A DNA stretch of 56,370 nucleotides from an uncultured Psychrobacter sp. (lineage in GTDB: Bacteria; Pseudomonadota; Gammaproteobacteria; Pseudomonadales; Moraxellaceae), in contig CAJXUF010000001.1 in the NCBI GenBank assembly GCA_913061175.1, forward strand, positions 1 to 56,370, written 5' to 3'. The notes below the pieces were generated by a model that was not told where the DNA came from, did not search any database, and saw only the letters and a program-made list of their open reading frames with translations. Positions 1 through 9,954 of this stretch are shown one piece after another; the stretch's first letter is position 1; every line of letters begins with the position of its first letter. The position numbers and the translations under genes were made by a program.

Positions 1-48
1 TCTACACACTGCATATCGTCGGCAGCGTCAGATGTGTATAAGAGACAG
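1..48 (+). other. Illumina Nextera adapter (P5 tail, i5 index ACTGCATA, transposase read-1 adapter); technical artefact
   Basis: TCTACAC + ACTGCATA + TCGTCGGCAGCGTC + AGATGTGTATAAGAGACAG (Tn5 mosaic end) read directly. Confidence 0.98.
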
Positions 49-82
49 GTTGTGAGCCAGCCGCCTTATCTATTTTATAAGG

Positions 83-397
83 ATGCGTAAAATGCGTGAA
101 GATGATAATCCAATTGCGGCTTTTGGCAGTGCAGAAGAGGGTGATGAGCCGTTAAAGCCTTACATCGATCCAACTTTGTTTGAAACGCTCGATAGACAGG
201 CGCAAACCGAGCTACTGACCCCTGTATTTGATGCCATCACTTTGGCTGGGGTTGATTACGACCTAAAAGTTCAAGACAGCGCGTCAGGTAAGCGTTATAC
301 GCTCTGTAAAAATGATGAAGTCATTGAGATCGTACCGATGGATAGCAATTTCACTGACAAAGTCTTAAATGCTATAGAGAACAGTAAAGAAGAATAA
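83..397 (+). CDS. hypothetical acidic protein (host)
   Basis: 104-aa ORF with AAGGA just upstream; no recognised motif. Confidence 0.55.
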   Translation: MRKMREDDNPIAAFGSAEEGDEPLKPYIDPTLFETLDRQAQTELLTPVFDAITLAGVDYDLKVQDSASGKRYTLCKNDEVIEIVPMDSNFTDKVLNAIENSKEE

Positions 398-464
398 GCT
401 TTGCTAGCTTACTTAGCTAGGGCGTAAGCGTTATGTTATAGCCATATAACAAAGATAAGTTGCC

Positions 465-1058
465 TTATAAATTGTCAGATTCGTCAGAAGGTTTTTGCTG
501 ACGTTTCTGCCAGCTAGCCACGGTTTTATAACGCCAAATGGCCTTAAACGCCAAACCACAAATAAGACTGGTGACTACGGCTAAAATCGTTAGCCCGATA
601 CAAAATGCAGCAAGCGATACTGTACCGCGATAAGTAATGAACGGATTGGCACCATTTGATAATGCCCATAAGCTAAAATCAGCAATCATTCTACCGATGA
701 ATCGCAAGCTAATCACAGGTGCATCAATGATCTTTGCACCGATATAGTATCCAGCATAAAAGATGGGTAGGCTAGTAACTGGGTTGGTAATCCATGTCAA
801 ACCAAGCGCCATAGGGACATTGGCACGAAAAATAAGCGAGCCAATGAGCGCCAGTAACATCTGTCCTGGCAGCGGAAAAAATGCACTTAGTACACCGATA
901 TAGACAGCCTTATTTAGGCTGTGTCGATTGAAATGCCATAATCTTGGATCAGCCAAGTGCGGTGCAAACAGCTTTAAAGTGCGACTTTCTAAGATTTTCT
1001 CTGGTGTAGGAAGTAGGTCTTTTAGACGTTTTTGGGGCACAGGATCGCCTTTAATCAT
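465..1058 (-). CDS. DUF2062 family membrane protein
   Basis: LWHFNRHSL..A...G...AFFPLPGQM, RANVP, WITNPVT motifs; next to comEC. Confidence 0.85.
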   Translation of the reverse strand: MIKGDPVPQKRLKDLLPTPEKILESRTLKLFAPHLADPRLWHFNRHSLNKAVYIGVLSAFFPLPGQMLLALIGSLIFRANVPMALGLTWITNPVTSLPIFYAGYYIGAKIIDAPVISLRFIGRMIADFSLWALSNGANPFITYRGTVSLAAFCIGLTILAVVTSLICGLAFKAIWRYKTVASWQKRQQKPSDESDNL

Positions 1059-1279
1059 TAACTACAGTCTACTCAATGGTATTGAGAAGCTGATATAAAG
1101 TAATATATGGTGAGTAGGATAAAGGTTAGAACACACAGAATGGTGGTGTCAGATAGCTACCACCTAATACGTTGCCTCAGTATAGGGTAATATAAATATA
1201 AATGCTATTGCATCGCGTGCCATTTGCTATAGTAAGTCACCATATTTGGCCGAATAATATTTAAGTCATCAAGCAAGGA

Positions 1280-4201
1280 GTGCTGGTGTACTGGTTGATT
1301 GGTAGCCTCATAATTATAGTTATGATGGGCGTATTGGCAGTCGCAGACAATGTGATATTGCCAACTGACTTATCTTTGCTAGATATGGTTGATACGTCCA
1401 ATCTGCCTTTGGCGCTGACTATATTTGCCACTTTTCTGTTGGCGTCTGCTCAATTCAACATACCCTCGATAGACAGCCACAGTCTTGATAAAAAGACCTC
1501 TAACAACGCAACTCTTCATACTAAACTTTCTCTCAATATTATTAGATACTTGGTCTTAGCTTTGTTAGCGACTGCGTTAGTGATAGGCAGTGCACTGCAA
1601 GCTTTAGTTACTCACCAACGAGCAGAAACCACTGAAATAACTGCTCCAATACGAGTACAAGCACTCGTGCGTATCGAAGGGTTGAGCGACAGTGTTTATG
1701 ATGCCACTACAGACAGCGGTTATCGTCAAGTAGCGGTGATAACGAATATCGCTCCATTAGTCGCTGAGCTAACGCCCCAAGAGTTAGCAACTAAAACATC
1801 TAATTATTTAAAGGCTGATAAAAATAGCCTAAGTAGAAATTACGATGTTAATCCCAATGAAGTTAGTCTCAAAGTTAGCGAACACCGAGTCCTACTCAAC
1901 GCCTATCCAAGAAAGTCTGCAAATGATAGCCAGTTTGCAGCCTTAAACGATTTGCAGCCCGGTGATGAGATATTCATGAGCCTAGCACTGGCGCCGTTAG
2001 CTACTTCTGAGCAAGCAGTCAATAACCCTACTGGTTTTGACAGTTATCGCTGGTTGCGAGGTCGGCATATTGATGGCATTGCAAATATTTTGGCCATTAG
2101 CCCCACATTGGTAAACAGTAACGAAATTAGCAATAAAATCAGCGATAGAAAACGTCTCAAGCATTCGCTAGACTCTGATTCATATCTTCAGCGCTTTCGT
2201 ACTCATGTCGATCAGGGGCGTTGGCGATTACGACAGCATTTCTATCAAGACTGGTCAGCGCAAACGACAGCAGAGCAACAAGCAAAAGCCGTGACATTAA
2301 GTCTGCTTACGGGAGATCGTAGCTTGATTAATCGTGATACTAAGGACTTATATCAACTGGCGGGTATCTCACATCTGCTCGCTATTTCAGGTACGCACGT
2401 ACTGTTTTTAGCTATTGTATTGGCAGGCATAGCTGTACTGCTGTTTGATCGTAATTATTCAGCGATTTATCGTCGTATTCCGCGTTGGCAAGTGCGCTGG
2501 TGGGTAATGATTGGTGCCGCTTTTATTTATGCGCTATTTACTGGTTTTGACGTGCCTGCTGCTCGTACGGCTTGGATGTTATTAGCGATTGGATTTGTCA
2601 GATTAACATTGCTCCCTATTAGTACGATGCGCGTACTATTGGTATTGGCTATATTGATGGCTTGGCGTGACCCTTACGTATTGTGGCAGGCGGGATACTG
2701 GCTATCTTTTATTGCAGTGGCGTTATTACTCAAGTATGACGATAAGTCGTATGAGCATCAGACTACTGCTATAACGAATTTATACGATGATAAGCTGCGT
2801 ACTCGTATTAATGACACGCTACCTAACCGTGTTTGGCAAATGATTAAGCGTGTGTTTAAACTACAGTTTTGGCTGTTTCTTACTTTATTACCCGTTACGT
2901 TGCTTTTATTCGGTAAGGCGTCGTTATGGGGTCTTTTTATCAACTTATTTGCCATTGGTCTATTTGGTTGGGTGATTGTACCGCTCAATTTATTAGCCGG
3001 GCTGTGTTACCTTTTAGTGCCAAGTATTGCTGATATTCTTTGGGTAATTATTAGTACGATAGTCGGTCATCTACACAATCTGATGAGTTGGCTGACGTCA
3101 TTGCCAGCGCTATCGGATGCATGGCTCTATACACCAGTTAATATAGCGATACTATCAATGGCTTTGCTAAGTGCATTGCCTTGGCTGCTGCCACGAGGTT
3201 TACTCAGCCGTTGGTTGACGTTGCCACCATTAACGTTACTGATGATAACGGTGTATGCCAATCAGCAGTCATTTGTCACGATGCCGACCCTATATATTTT
3301 GCCAACGGGTGATTCGTATATAACGGCGGCATTGCTACAATATCCTACCGTCAATGAAGACAGTACCAATTGGTTGTTCTTAGCGGATCATAGACCAGCC
3401 TCTACACGAACGATGCCAAGCAGCCTAACAGCAGACAAATTATCTGAAAATTTAAAGCAGCAACTGGGCAGTTTATCTGTCAATAATTTAGAGAGTATTG
3501 TCGTACAGAGTAGCAGTGTTAGCCTGACTGATACGTTGATCTCTGACAATAAGAATATTGCTAATACCAAAAATTCTGAATTACTACCAATGACCGTTGC
3601 TCAATTAAATGACCGGTTAGCTATTAGCCAATATTGGCAAGCAGGGCGCTCTGATCGTTGGTCTACATTTCAGCAAGCCTATAAAACAATTAGGCAGTCT
3701 GAAGATACGCCTACTATCAGCACTCAGCGTTGTGAGCAAGGCAAAATATGGCAGTCGGCCAACGATGAGTTGTCAGTACAGGCCATCACTGGTTGGACCA
3801 AGATAGGTGATACCAGCGTTTGGGATTGTACGATTGCTCTTGATACTAACTTGCCTATACGCGTTCTAAGATACAATGCGGCAGATCCACTCAATTCGTT
3901 ACCTGCCAATTCACCTGTTAGCCCTCAAGCACAAATAGCATCTAACCAGTTAACTGGCAAACAGTTAGAGTCCCAGTCGCGTTTAATTTTAAATGCTGAT
4001 ACTCATCAACGCGTTTGGCAACTGTGGTCATTACTATGTTCAGTTGAATCGAATAATGATGACATGCTATTCAGAAATACACGGTGGCTTGGTCATAGTG
4101 CTTCGCAGATCACGGCTGATGTCATAAGTCGTCAGATAATCGATGAAATTACAACCTATGATAATAAACCTTTAGACGCGGCATTATCGCTAAATAACTA
4201 A
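1280..4201 (+). CDS. comEC: ComEC/Rec2 DNA-uptake channel
   Basis: NPTGFD, GISHLLAISGTHV, FTGFDVPAAR, GYWLSF competence-domain motifs; many TM segments. Confidence 0.9.
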   Translation: MLVYWLIGSLIIIVMMGVLAVADNVILPTDLSLLDMVDTSNLPLALTIFATFLLASAQFNIPSIDSHSLDKKTSNNATLHTKLSLNIIRYLVLALLATALVIGSALQALVTHQRAETTEITAPIRVQALVRIEGLSDSVYDATTDSGYRQVAVITNIAPLVAELTPQELATKTSNYLKADKNSLSRNYDVNPNEVSLKVSEHRVLLNAYPRKSANDSQFAALNDLQPGDEIFMSLALAPLATSEQAVNNPTGFDSYRWLRGRHIDGIANILAISPTLVNSNEISNKISDRKRLKHSLDSDSYLQRFRTHVDQGRWRLRQHFYQDWSAQTTAEQQAKAVTLSLLTGDRSLINRDTKDLYQLAGISHLLAISGTHVLFLAIVLAGIAVLLFDRNYSAIYRRIPRWQVRWWVMIGAAFIYALFTGFDVPAARTAWMLLAIGFVRLTLLPISTMRVLLVLAILMAWRDPYVLWQAGYWLSFIAVALLLKYDDKSYEHQTTAITNLYDDKLRTRINDTLPNRVWQMIKRVFKLQFWLFLTLLPVTLLLFGKASLWGLFINLFAIGLFGWVIVPLNLLAGLCYLLVPSIADILWVIISTIVGHLHNLMSWLTSLPALSDAWLYTPVNIAILSMALLSALPWLLPRGLLSRWLTLPPLTLLMITVYANQQSFVTMPTLYILPTGDSYITAALLQYPTVNEDSTNWLFLADHRPASTRTMPSSLTADKLSENLKQQLGSLSVNNLESIVVQSSSVSLTDTLISDNKNIANTKNSELLPMTVAQLNDRLAISQYWQAGRSDRWSTFQQAYKTIRQSEDTPTISTQRCEQGKIWQSANDELSVQAITGWTKIGDTSVWDCTIALDTNLPIRVLRYNAADPLNSLPANSPVSPQAQIASNQLTGKQLESQSRLILNADTHQRVWQLWSLLCSVESNNDDMLFRNTRWLGHSASQITADVISRQIIDEITTYDNKPLDAALSLNN

Positions 4202-4349
4202 ATCGCTAAATAACATTGATAGCTTTTCCAATGCCGAAACTCCTAGCCCTCAAAAATAAGGCTTATATTATCAGCGTTACAATATAGTGATATTTCACAG
4301 TTATACTATTGAACCATTATCGAAATACCACCATACTTAGCAGCCTATT

Positions 4350-4401
4350 AATACAGGTCACTGACTATCAATACAGGTCACTGACTATCAATACAGGTCA
4401 C
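4350..4401 (+). repeat. 20-bp tandem repeat (ATACAGGTCACTGACTATCA, ~2.5 copies), followed by hairpin GATACTGT-gag-ACAGTATC (4403-4421)
   Basis: read directly in the comEC-sppA intergenic region. Confidence 0.9.
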
Positions 4402-4505
4402 AGATACTGTGAGACAGTATCAGTCAGGTATACACTACCGCTTTAACTGTATTTCTCGACAACCTCATTTTATTGTTTTAGATTGTTTCTAACTTAGGAA
4501 GTTAT

Positions 4506-5558
4506 ATGCCCAACTGGCCACCAGACCCTAACAAACGTCCTGATAATTCGGCAAATCAGCCAACGCAACTGCAGCAACCAAGCCCGCCAAGTGGACAAGA
4601 ATGGAAGGTGCTGGAAAACACGTTATTAGCGAGTGTGGTTGAGCAGCGCCGCGCTCGTCGTTGGAGTATCTTTTTTAAACTACTGACCTTTGGTTATATC
4701 CTATTGATATTTTTGACCCTTGGTCGTGGTTGCAGCAGTGCGCCAACAGGTATGGACGCAGTTGATACTAGCGATCCACATTTGGCAGTGGTCGAGCTGC
4801 AAGGCGTCATCAGTAATGATGATGTAGCGAATGCATATGATGTCAATGAAGCTTTGAGAGACGCTTTTGCAAACAGTAACTCAAAAGCAGTGGCCTTAGA
4901 TATCAATTCACCTGGCGGTTCACCGGTACAGTCTGACGAGATTTGGCAGACCATGATGGACTTACGCCAAGAGTACCCAGACAAAAAGCTTTATGCGGTG
5001 ATTGGTGATATCGGTGCGTCAGGTGCTTATTATATTGCGTCTGCCGCAGATGAGATTTATGTCAATCCTTCAAGTCTGGTCGGCTCTATCGGTGTCATTA
5101 TGCCAAGCTACAATGTTAAAGGTTTGATGGACAAAGTTGGCGTAGAAGATCGTACGATTACGGCTGGTGAGTATAAAGATATCTTAAGCTTATCTCGTCC
5201 GCTGACTGACTATGAAGAAAATCATGTCGAAAAAGTACTAGCAAATACGCACAAGCATTTCATCAATGCTGTCAAAGAAGGTCGCGGTGACCGTCTGAAA
5301 AATCCTGAACAAAACAAACTGTTCTCGGGGCTATTCTGGACAGGGGAGCAGTCTATTGAGCTAGGCTTAGCAGATAAAACAGGTAGTATCACAAGTTTAA
5401 GTAAGCAACTAGATCTCGATACGATCATCAGCTACAGCCCAACTGATCCGTTCCAGATGTTTATGGACCGTTTTGCAGTGAAGTTAGGTGCAGGTATTGG
5501 CTCCAGCGTTAGTCTTGATGTATTGCCACAAGAAAGCAACACTGGGCAGATGCGTTAA
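4506..5558 (+). CDS. sppA: signal peptide peptidase SppA (S49)
   Basis: INSPGGS, ASGAYYIA, GSIGV, G.YKD motifs; N-terminal TM. Confidence 0.9.
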   Translation: MPNWPPDPNKRPDNSANQPTQLQQPSPPSGQEWKVLENTLLASVVEQRRARRWSIFFKLLTFGYILLIFLTLGRGCSSAPTGMDAVDTSDPHLAVVELQGVISNDDVANAYDVNEALRDAFANSNSKAVALDINSPGGSPVQSDEIWQTMMDLRQEYPDKKLYAVIGDIGASGAYYIASAADEIYVNPSSLVGSIGVIMPSYNVKGLMDKVGVEDRTITAGEYKDILSLSRPLTDYEENHVEKVLANTHKHFINAVKEGRGDRLKNPEQNKLFSGLFWTGEQSIELGLADKTGSITSLSKQLDLDTIISYSPTDPFQMFMDRFAVKLGAGIGSSVSLDVLPQESNTGQMR

Positions 5559-5592
5559 GCGTTTTATGTTTTAGATATAATGTGTATGATTG

Positions 5593-5626
5593 TTAAGGCT
5601 GAGCATATAATTGTGCTCAGCCTTAA
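5593..5626. terminator. inverted repeat after sppA, probable terminator
   Basis: TTAAGGCTGAGCA...TGCTCAGCCTTAA, 13-bp stem. Confidence 0.65.
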
Positions 5627-5837
5627 TTGTATGCAATACCAAATAAAAACCTTGGTCTGAGTGATAGCCTGATTAAATTAGCTATACAACTATAACCATC
5701 AAACACAGTCGTCAAACTTGCCATATAAACATGGTTAGTGTTGAAGGGATTAGTTTTAATGCTGTTGGTTTTAATAAGGGTACAAGGTTCAATCATTAAA
5801 ATAATATATAAAATAAACGATCCCACGAGAGTCTGTC

Positions 5838-6728
5838 ATGAGTGATGAAATAAATTTGCAGTCCTTTGCTAAACTGCCTGTCTCTAAAATAACCAATAAA
5901 CCTGTGCTGCATTTTGCTCATGCTAATGGAATGCCAAGCGCGGTATATGAGCCGTTTTTTGAAGGCCTGTCAGAGTTTTTTACGATTGAGTATATTGCGA
6001 TGTTGGGTGATACGCCTGATTATCCAGTGGACGATCATTGGCGTAGTTTGACGCAGCAAATCATTGATAGCGTAAACAGAGCCTGCGAAAAGCATGGCGT
6101 TGCACAGGTAGTAGGAGTGGGGCATTCGCTTGGGGCCATGTGTACGTTGCAGGCCACGTATCGTCAGCCTGAATTGTTTTCACAAGCGGTACTTATGGAT
6201 CCGCCTTGGATTTATGGCAAAGTCAGCTTGTTATGGCATTTGGCAAAGACAGCAGATAGATTACCGCTTATGAATAATCGTCTGATGGACAAACTATCAC
6301 CAGCTGGCGTATCTAAGCATCGCCGTGATGTGTGGGATAGCCGGGATGAAGCATATGAGAAAATGCGACATAAAGGGTTTTTTAAGAATTTTGATGAGCG
6401 TAGCTTTCAAGGATATATCGATCACGGATTACATGAGCGCGCGGATGGCAAAGTGACATTGGCTATTCCTAAAGCCAGCGAAGTTGCTGTGTTCCGTACC
6501 AATCCATCTTGGTATTGGCTGGCACCGAATCGTGGCCCTAAAGTGCCTGTGACTCTAATCATTGGTCAAGAAAGTATCTTTTTGAAACGTCGCTTTCCGC
6601 AGCAGATAAAATCGCGCTTGGGTATTCCTTATGAGACTCACGAAGGAGGGCATATGTTCCCACTTGAGCATCCAGAGTCTGTCTCAATGCAGGTGCTAGG
6701 ATTGATCAAGCAGCAATTGTCCAAATAA
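5838..6728 (+). CDS. alpha/beta fold hydrolase
   Basis: HANG oxyanion motif, GHSLG nucleophile elbow, C-terminal GHMFPLEHP. Confidence 0.88.
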   Translation: MSDEINLQSFAKLPVSKITNKPVLHFAHANGMPSAVYEPFFEGLSEFFTIEYIAMLGDTPDYPVDDHWRSLTQQIIDSVNRACEKHGVAQVVGVGHSLGAMCTLQATYRQPELFSQAVLMDPPWIYGKVSLLWHLAKTADRLPLMNNRLMDKLSPAGVSKHRRDVWDSRDEAYEKMRHKGFFKNFDERSFQGYIDHGLHERADGKVTLAIPKASEVAVFRTNPSWYWLAPNRGPKVPVTLIIGQESIFLKRRFPQQIKSRLGIPYETHEGGHMFPLEHPESVSMQVLGLIKQQLSK

Positions 6729-6796
6729 ACGCAACATACCATCAGTCATGCTTGTAATGGATATGAGCTGCCAGAGTATTTTTAAGTGATACCTTT

Positions 6797-7585
6797 ATGC
6801 CAAAGAACCTAACTGCGCCGTCTAGTAAGACTGTCTCACCTAAGTCTCTGCCGCTATTTTCGCGCGTGGCTACATTCGTGCTAACAGTAGCAATGGTGCT
6901 TGCGTTTTTTATCAGTCAGTTGGTAGGTGTTTATGTCGCTGGCAAGCTTGTATTACCTGCCGATGAAAGGACATCGATAGGGCGGATATTCTATTTTGGT
7001 AGTAATGATGGAACAGTTGTGAGCCTGTCTATACTCATCGGCTGTGTATTGCTAGTGGCAATTAGCATGCTTATCATTCGTTTAAAAGGTGGCAGTCTGT
7101 GTCAATATTTAGCACTAAAACCGTTCTCACTGTCGGTGGGTATAGGCATGCTTGGGTTGCTACTGATATTTATGATTGCCAGTCAGGCGCTGACGTATGT
7201 ACTCGATATGACGCCGTTGGTGTTTGTTGATCCACTCTATCAGTCTGTCATTTCGGTTTGGCTGTTGGTGTTTGCCATGGTGGTCGTCGCACCAATTTAT
7301 GAAGAAGTTATCTTTCGCGGTATATTGTGGTCAGCCATCGCAGAACAGTTCACGGCACCATCCTATTCAGCGAATCATGGGGCGATTGTCGCAAGCATTG
7401 TGACAAGTTTGATATTCGCTGTGATCCATGTGCAGTATGGTATCTATGAGATTAGTACCATCGTAGTGTTGGCATTGATATTTTGCTATGCACGGATTAA
7501 GTCGGGCTCGCTATTACTGCCAATCGTACTACACATTATTAATAATGGTGCAGCGATGTGGCAGTATATTGTGCAAGCGGCGTAG
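6797..7585 (+). CDS. CPBP family intramembrane metalloprotease (CAAX protease-like)
   Basis: APIYEEVIFRG, FAVIH, HIINN motifs; multi-TM. Confidence 0.88.
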   Translation: MPKNLTAPSSKTVSPKSLPLFSRVATFVLTVAMVLAFFISQLVGVYVAGKLVLPADERTSIGRIFYFGSNDGTVVSLSILIGCVLLVAISMLIIRLKGGSLCQYLALKPFSLSVGIGMLGLLLIFMIASQALTYVLDMTPLVFVDPLYQSVISVWLLVFAMVVVAPIYEEVIFRGILWSAIAEQFTAPSYSANHGAIVASIVTSLIFAVIHVQYGIYEISTIVVLALIFCYARIKSGSLLLPIVLHIINNGAAMWQYIVQAA

Positions 7586-7666
7586 ATAAAATGCTTACCA
7601 CAATGATGGCTGGCATGTAAATTCTATCGAGCCAGTTGGATATAAAAATTTGGCTGGGCGTTAAGA

Positions 7667-8653
7667 TTATGCATCAGGATTTAATAGTAGCACCTCATCG
7701 GCAGCTCGCTTGATATCATCAATTGTCAGCTGAGGTTTGCCGCTCAATGCTTGACGCCATTTACGCGCGCCCATTAGACCTTGGAAGAGTCCTAAATAAT
7801 GCCGTGTCATCGTTGGCAGCGCTTCGCCTTTTGCAAGTTGTTCTTCGAGATAGGGATAAAGCTGCGCTAAAATATCCGAGCGCTTAGGTATTGTCTCAGG
7901 AGTTGCCTCGTCCCATAAGCTATTGGCTTCTGCTAATAGATACGGGTTGTGATAAAACGCCCGACCAATCATCACCCCATCGATATGCTGTAGATGCATT
8001 TTTATATCTTCAATTGTATCGATACCGCCATTGATTTCGATATCTAGCTCAGGAAAATCCTGCTTTAGACGGTACACATCATCGTAACGCAGCGGTGGTA
8101 TCTCGCGGTTTTGCTTAGGGCTGAGCCCTTGCAACCATGCCGTACGTGCATGTACGATAAAGCGGGTACAACCTGCCGCTGCGACTGTCTGCACAAAGTC
8201 CACCATAAACTCATAACTATCAAAGTCATCGATACCAATACGATGTTTGACCGTCACAGGAATATCGACTGCGGCTTGCATATGCTTGACCAAATCAGCA
8301 ACGGTCTGAGGTTCTGCCATCAGACAGGCACCTATCTTATTGTGCTGTACGCGATCTGAGGGACAACCGACGTTGATATTGACTTCATCATAGCCATACT
8401 GCTGAGCAAACTCTGCGCATTGCGTCATCTCACTGATGTCTGCACCGCCGAGCTGCAATACAAGAGGATGCTCAAGCGTATCAAAGCGCAAATGCCGTGC
8501 TCGATTGCCATGTATCAATGCACCAGTACTGATCATCTCGGTATATAGATAGGTATGTGGATTAAATAGTCGTGCAAAATAACGATAATCTGTCGTAGTC
8601 CAGTCGATCATAGGAGCTACTGATAGTCGCTTATCTCTCATTAAATCAATCAT
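7667..8653 (-). CDS. dusA: tRNA-dihydrouridine synthase DusA; first ~14 codons supplied by the prophage
   Basis: SVAPMIDWT, LYTEM, NINVGCPS, PVTVKHRIG, VHAR, NGG, GVMIGR motifs. Confidence 0.95.
   Translation of the reverse strand: MIDLMRDKRLSVAPMIDWTTTDYRYFARLFNPHTYLYTEMISTGALIHGNRARHLRFDTLEHPLVLQLGGADISEMTQCAEFAQQYGYDEVNINVGCPSDRVQHNKIGACLMAEPQTVADLVKHMQAAVDIPVTVKHRIGIDDFDSYEFMVDFVQTVAAAGCTRFIVHARTAWLQGLSPKQNREIPPLRYDDVYRLKQDFPELDIEINGGIDTIEDIKMHLQHIDGVMIGRAFYHNPYLLAEANSLWDEATPETIPKRSDILAQLYPYLEEQLAKGEALPTMTRHYLGLFQGLMGARKWRQALSGKPQLTIDDIKRAADEVLLLNPDA
8604..8611. other. left attachment core (TCGATCAT)
   Basis: identical 8-mer at 52557-52564; lies in the dusA M-I-D codons. Confidence 0.85.
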
Positions 8654-8656
8654 TTA
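8644..8656 (+). promoter_or_regulatory. IHF consensus site in the left att arm
   Basis: AATCAAtcatTTA matches WATCAANNNNTTR, ~35 bp from the core. Confidence 0.55.
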
Positions 8657-8754
8657 GCGTCAAAGCCTTACTGTGTATAGTATAGAGTATTATTGTCTTG
8701 CTTGTTCATGCGTGTTCGTGCGTGTTTTTACGTGCGTTTACTTGTTATTGTGTT

Positions 8755-8796
8755 GTACCATATTCGTACCACAAAACTAAAAACAAGGCATGGTAC
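8755..8796. repeat. putative integrase arm-type sites
   Basis: GTACCATATTCGTACCA (8755-8771) is identical to 52476-52492; inverted TGGTAC at 8791. Confidence 0.75.
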
Positions 8797-8799
8797 AAA

Positions 8800-9954
8800 A
8801 TGGGTAGCATAGTAAAGCGCAAAAATGCCGATGGCACAGCTCGGTATAGGGGATTGATACGTATCGAGCGTGACGGTTATCCGTCGTTTACTCAGTCAAA
8901 GACATTTAGCAAAAAAGCATTAGCCGAGGCATGGGTAAAAAAGCGTGAAGCGGAGATTGAAGCCAATCCTGAAATAATGCTAAAGCGTGAAGCTAAGTCG
9001 ATGCGATTGCGTGACGTTATTATAAAGTATCTTGACGAGCTTGGCGATCAGTTCGGACGTACTCACAATATGAGCTTGATACTCATTAGCAAATTACCGA
9101 TAGGTGCAAAGCAGATTAACACACTAAGGCGTGAGGATTACACCGCATTTGCTGATGCTAGGCTAAATGGTAAGTATGATGGATTAAGAGCAATCACACC
9201 TGCTACGCTCAATGGTGACATTATGGGCATACGCTCAGTGCTCAAGCAAGCCAAACTTGCATGGGGGCTTGATGTTAATTTAAATGAGTTTGAGGACGCT
9301 GTGCTAGGATTAAGGCATAGCCGTAAAGTGTCGTCTAGTATTAAGCGCACTAGGACACCAACCAGTGACGAGTTGCAAGAGCTGACAACTTACTTTTATA
9401 CAAAATGGATGATTGGCAAAACCACTTACCCGATGCACCTTATTATTTGGTTGGCAATCTACACAGCAAGACGACAAGAAGAATTGACACGTTTACGCAT
9501 TGATGATTTTAACGATGGCTGGTGGCTAGTCAGAAACGCAAAAAACCCACGCGGAAGCATGGGCAATCATATCAATACTAAAGTTAGAGATAATGCGCTA
9601 CCGATCATCGATGCGCTAAAAGCTGACAAAGTACGTGCTACTATGCGTCGTGGCAATAAGCATTGGGATAATGAGTTATTACTACCGCTATCACCTAAGA
9701 ATATATCAGCTATGTTTACGAGGGCGTGTAAGCTCAAGGGTATTGATGACTTGCGTTATCATGATTTACGTCATGAAGCAGCGACACGGTTGGCTGAGCA
9801 GCGTTTAACTGTGCCTGAAATGCAGCAGGTTACAGGTCATGACTCATGGTCTAGTTTACAGCGTTATGTGAATGTTACGCCCCGAAAAACTGTATTAGAG
9901 TTTGACAGGGCAATGCAGGTGGCTATGCTTGCATGGCAAGATGGTCGCTATTAG
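8800..9954 (+). CDS. int: tyrosine integrase (dusA-associated type); ATG 8800 preferred over the longer ORF call
   Basis: TARRQEEL (R), K, YHDLRHEA (HxxR), TGHDSWSSLQRY (H..Y); adjacent to dusA. Confidence 0.93.
   Translation: MGSIVKRKNADGTARYRGLIRIERDGYPSFTQSKTFSKKALAEAWVKKREAEIEANPEIMLKREAKSMRLRDVIIKYLDELGDQFGRTHNMSLILISKLPIGAKQINTLRREDYTAFADARLNGKYDGLRAITPATLNGDIMGIRSVLKQAKLAWGLDVNLNEFEDAVLGLRHSRKVSSSIKRTRTPTSDELQELTTYFYTKWMIGKTTYPMHLIIWLAIYTARRQEELTRLRIDDFNDGWWLVRNAKNPRGSMGNHINTKVRDNALPIIDALKADKVRATMRRGNKHWDNELLLPLSPKNISAMFTRACKLKGIDDLRYHDLRHEAATRLAEQRLTVPEMQQVTGHDSWSSLQRYVNVTPRKTVLEFDRAMQVAMLAWQDGRY

Noticed and set aside
4350-4401. CRISPR array
   Set aside because: Repeats abut with no spacers and no cas genes are present
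6797-7585. Abortive infection gene (Abi domain name)
   Set aside because: CPBP/CAAX protease in the host backbone, outside the att sites
8698-8799. N-terminal extension of the integrase in the ORF track
   Set aside because: Overlaps att arm repeats; the ATG at 8800 gives a typical integrase start
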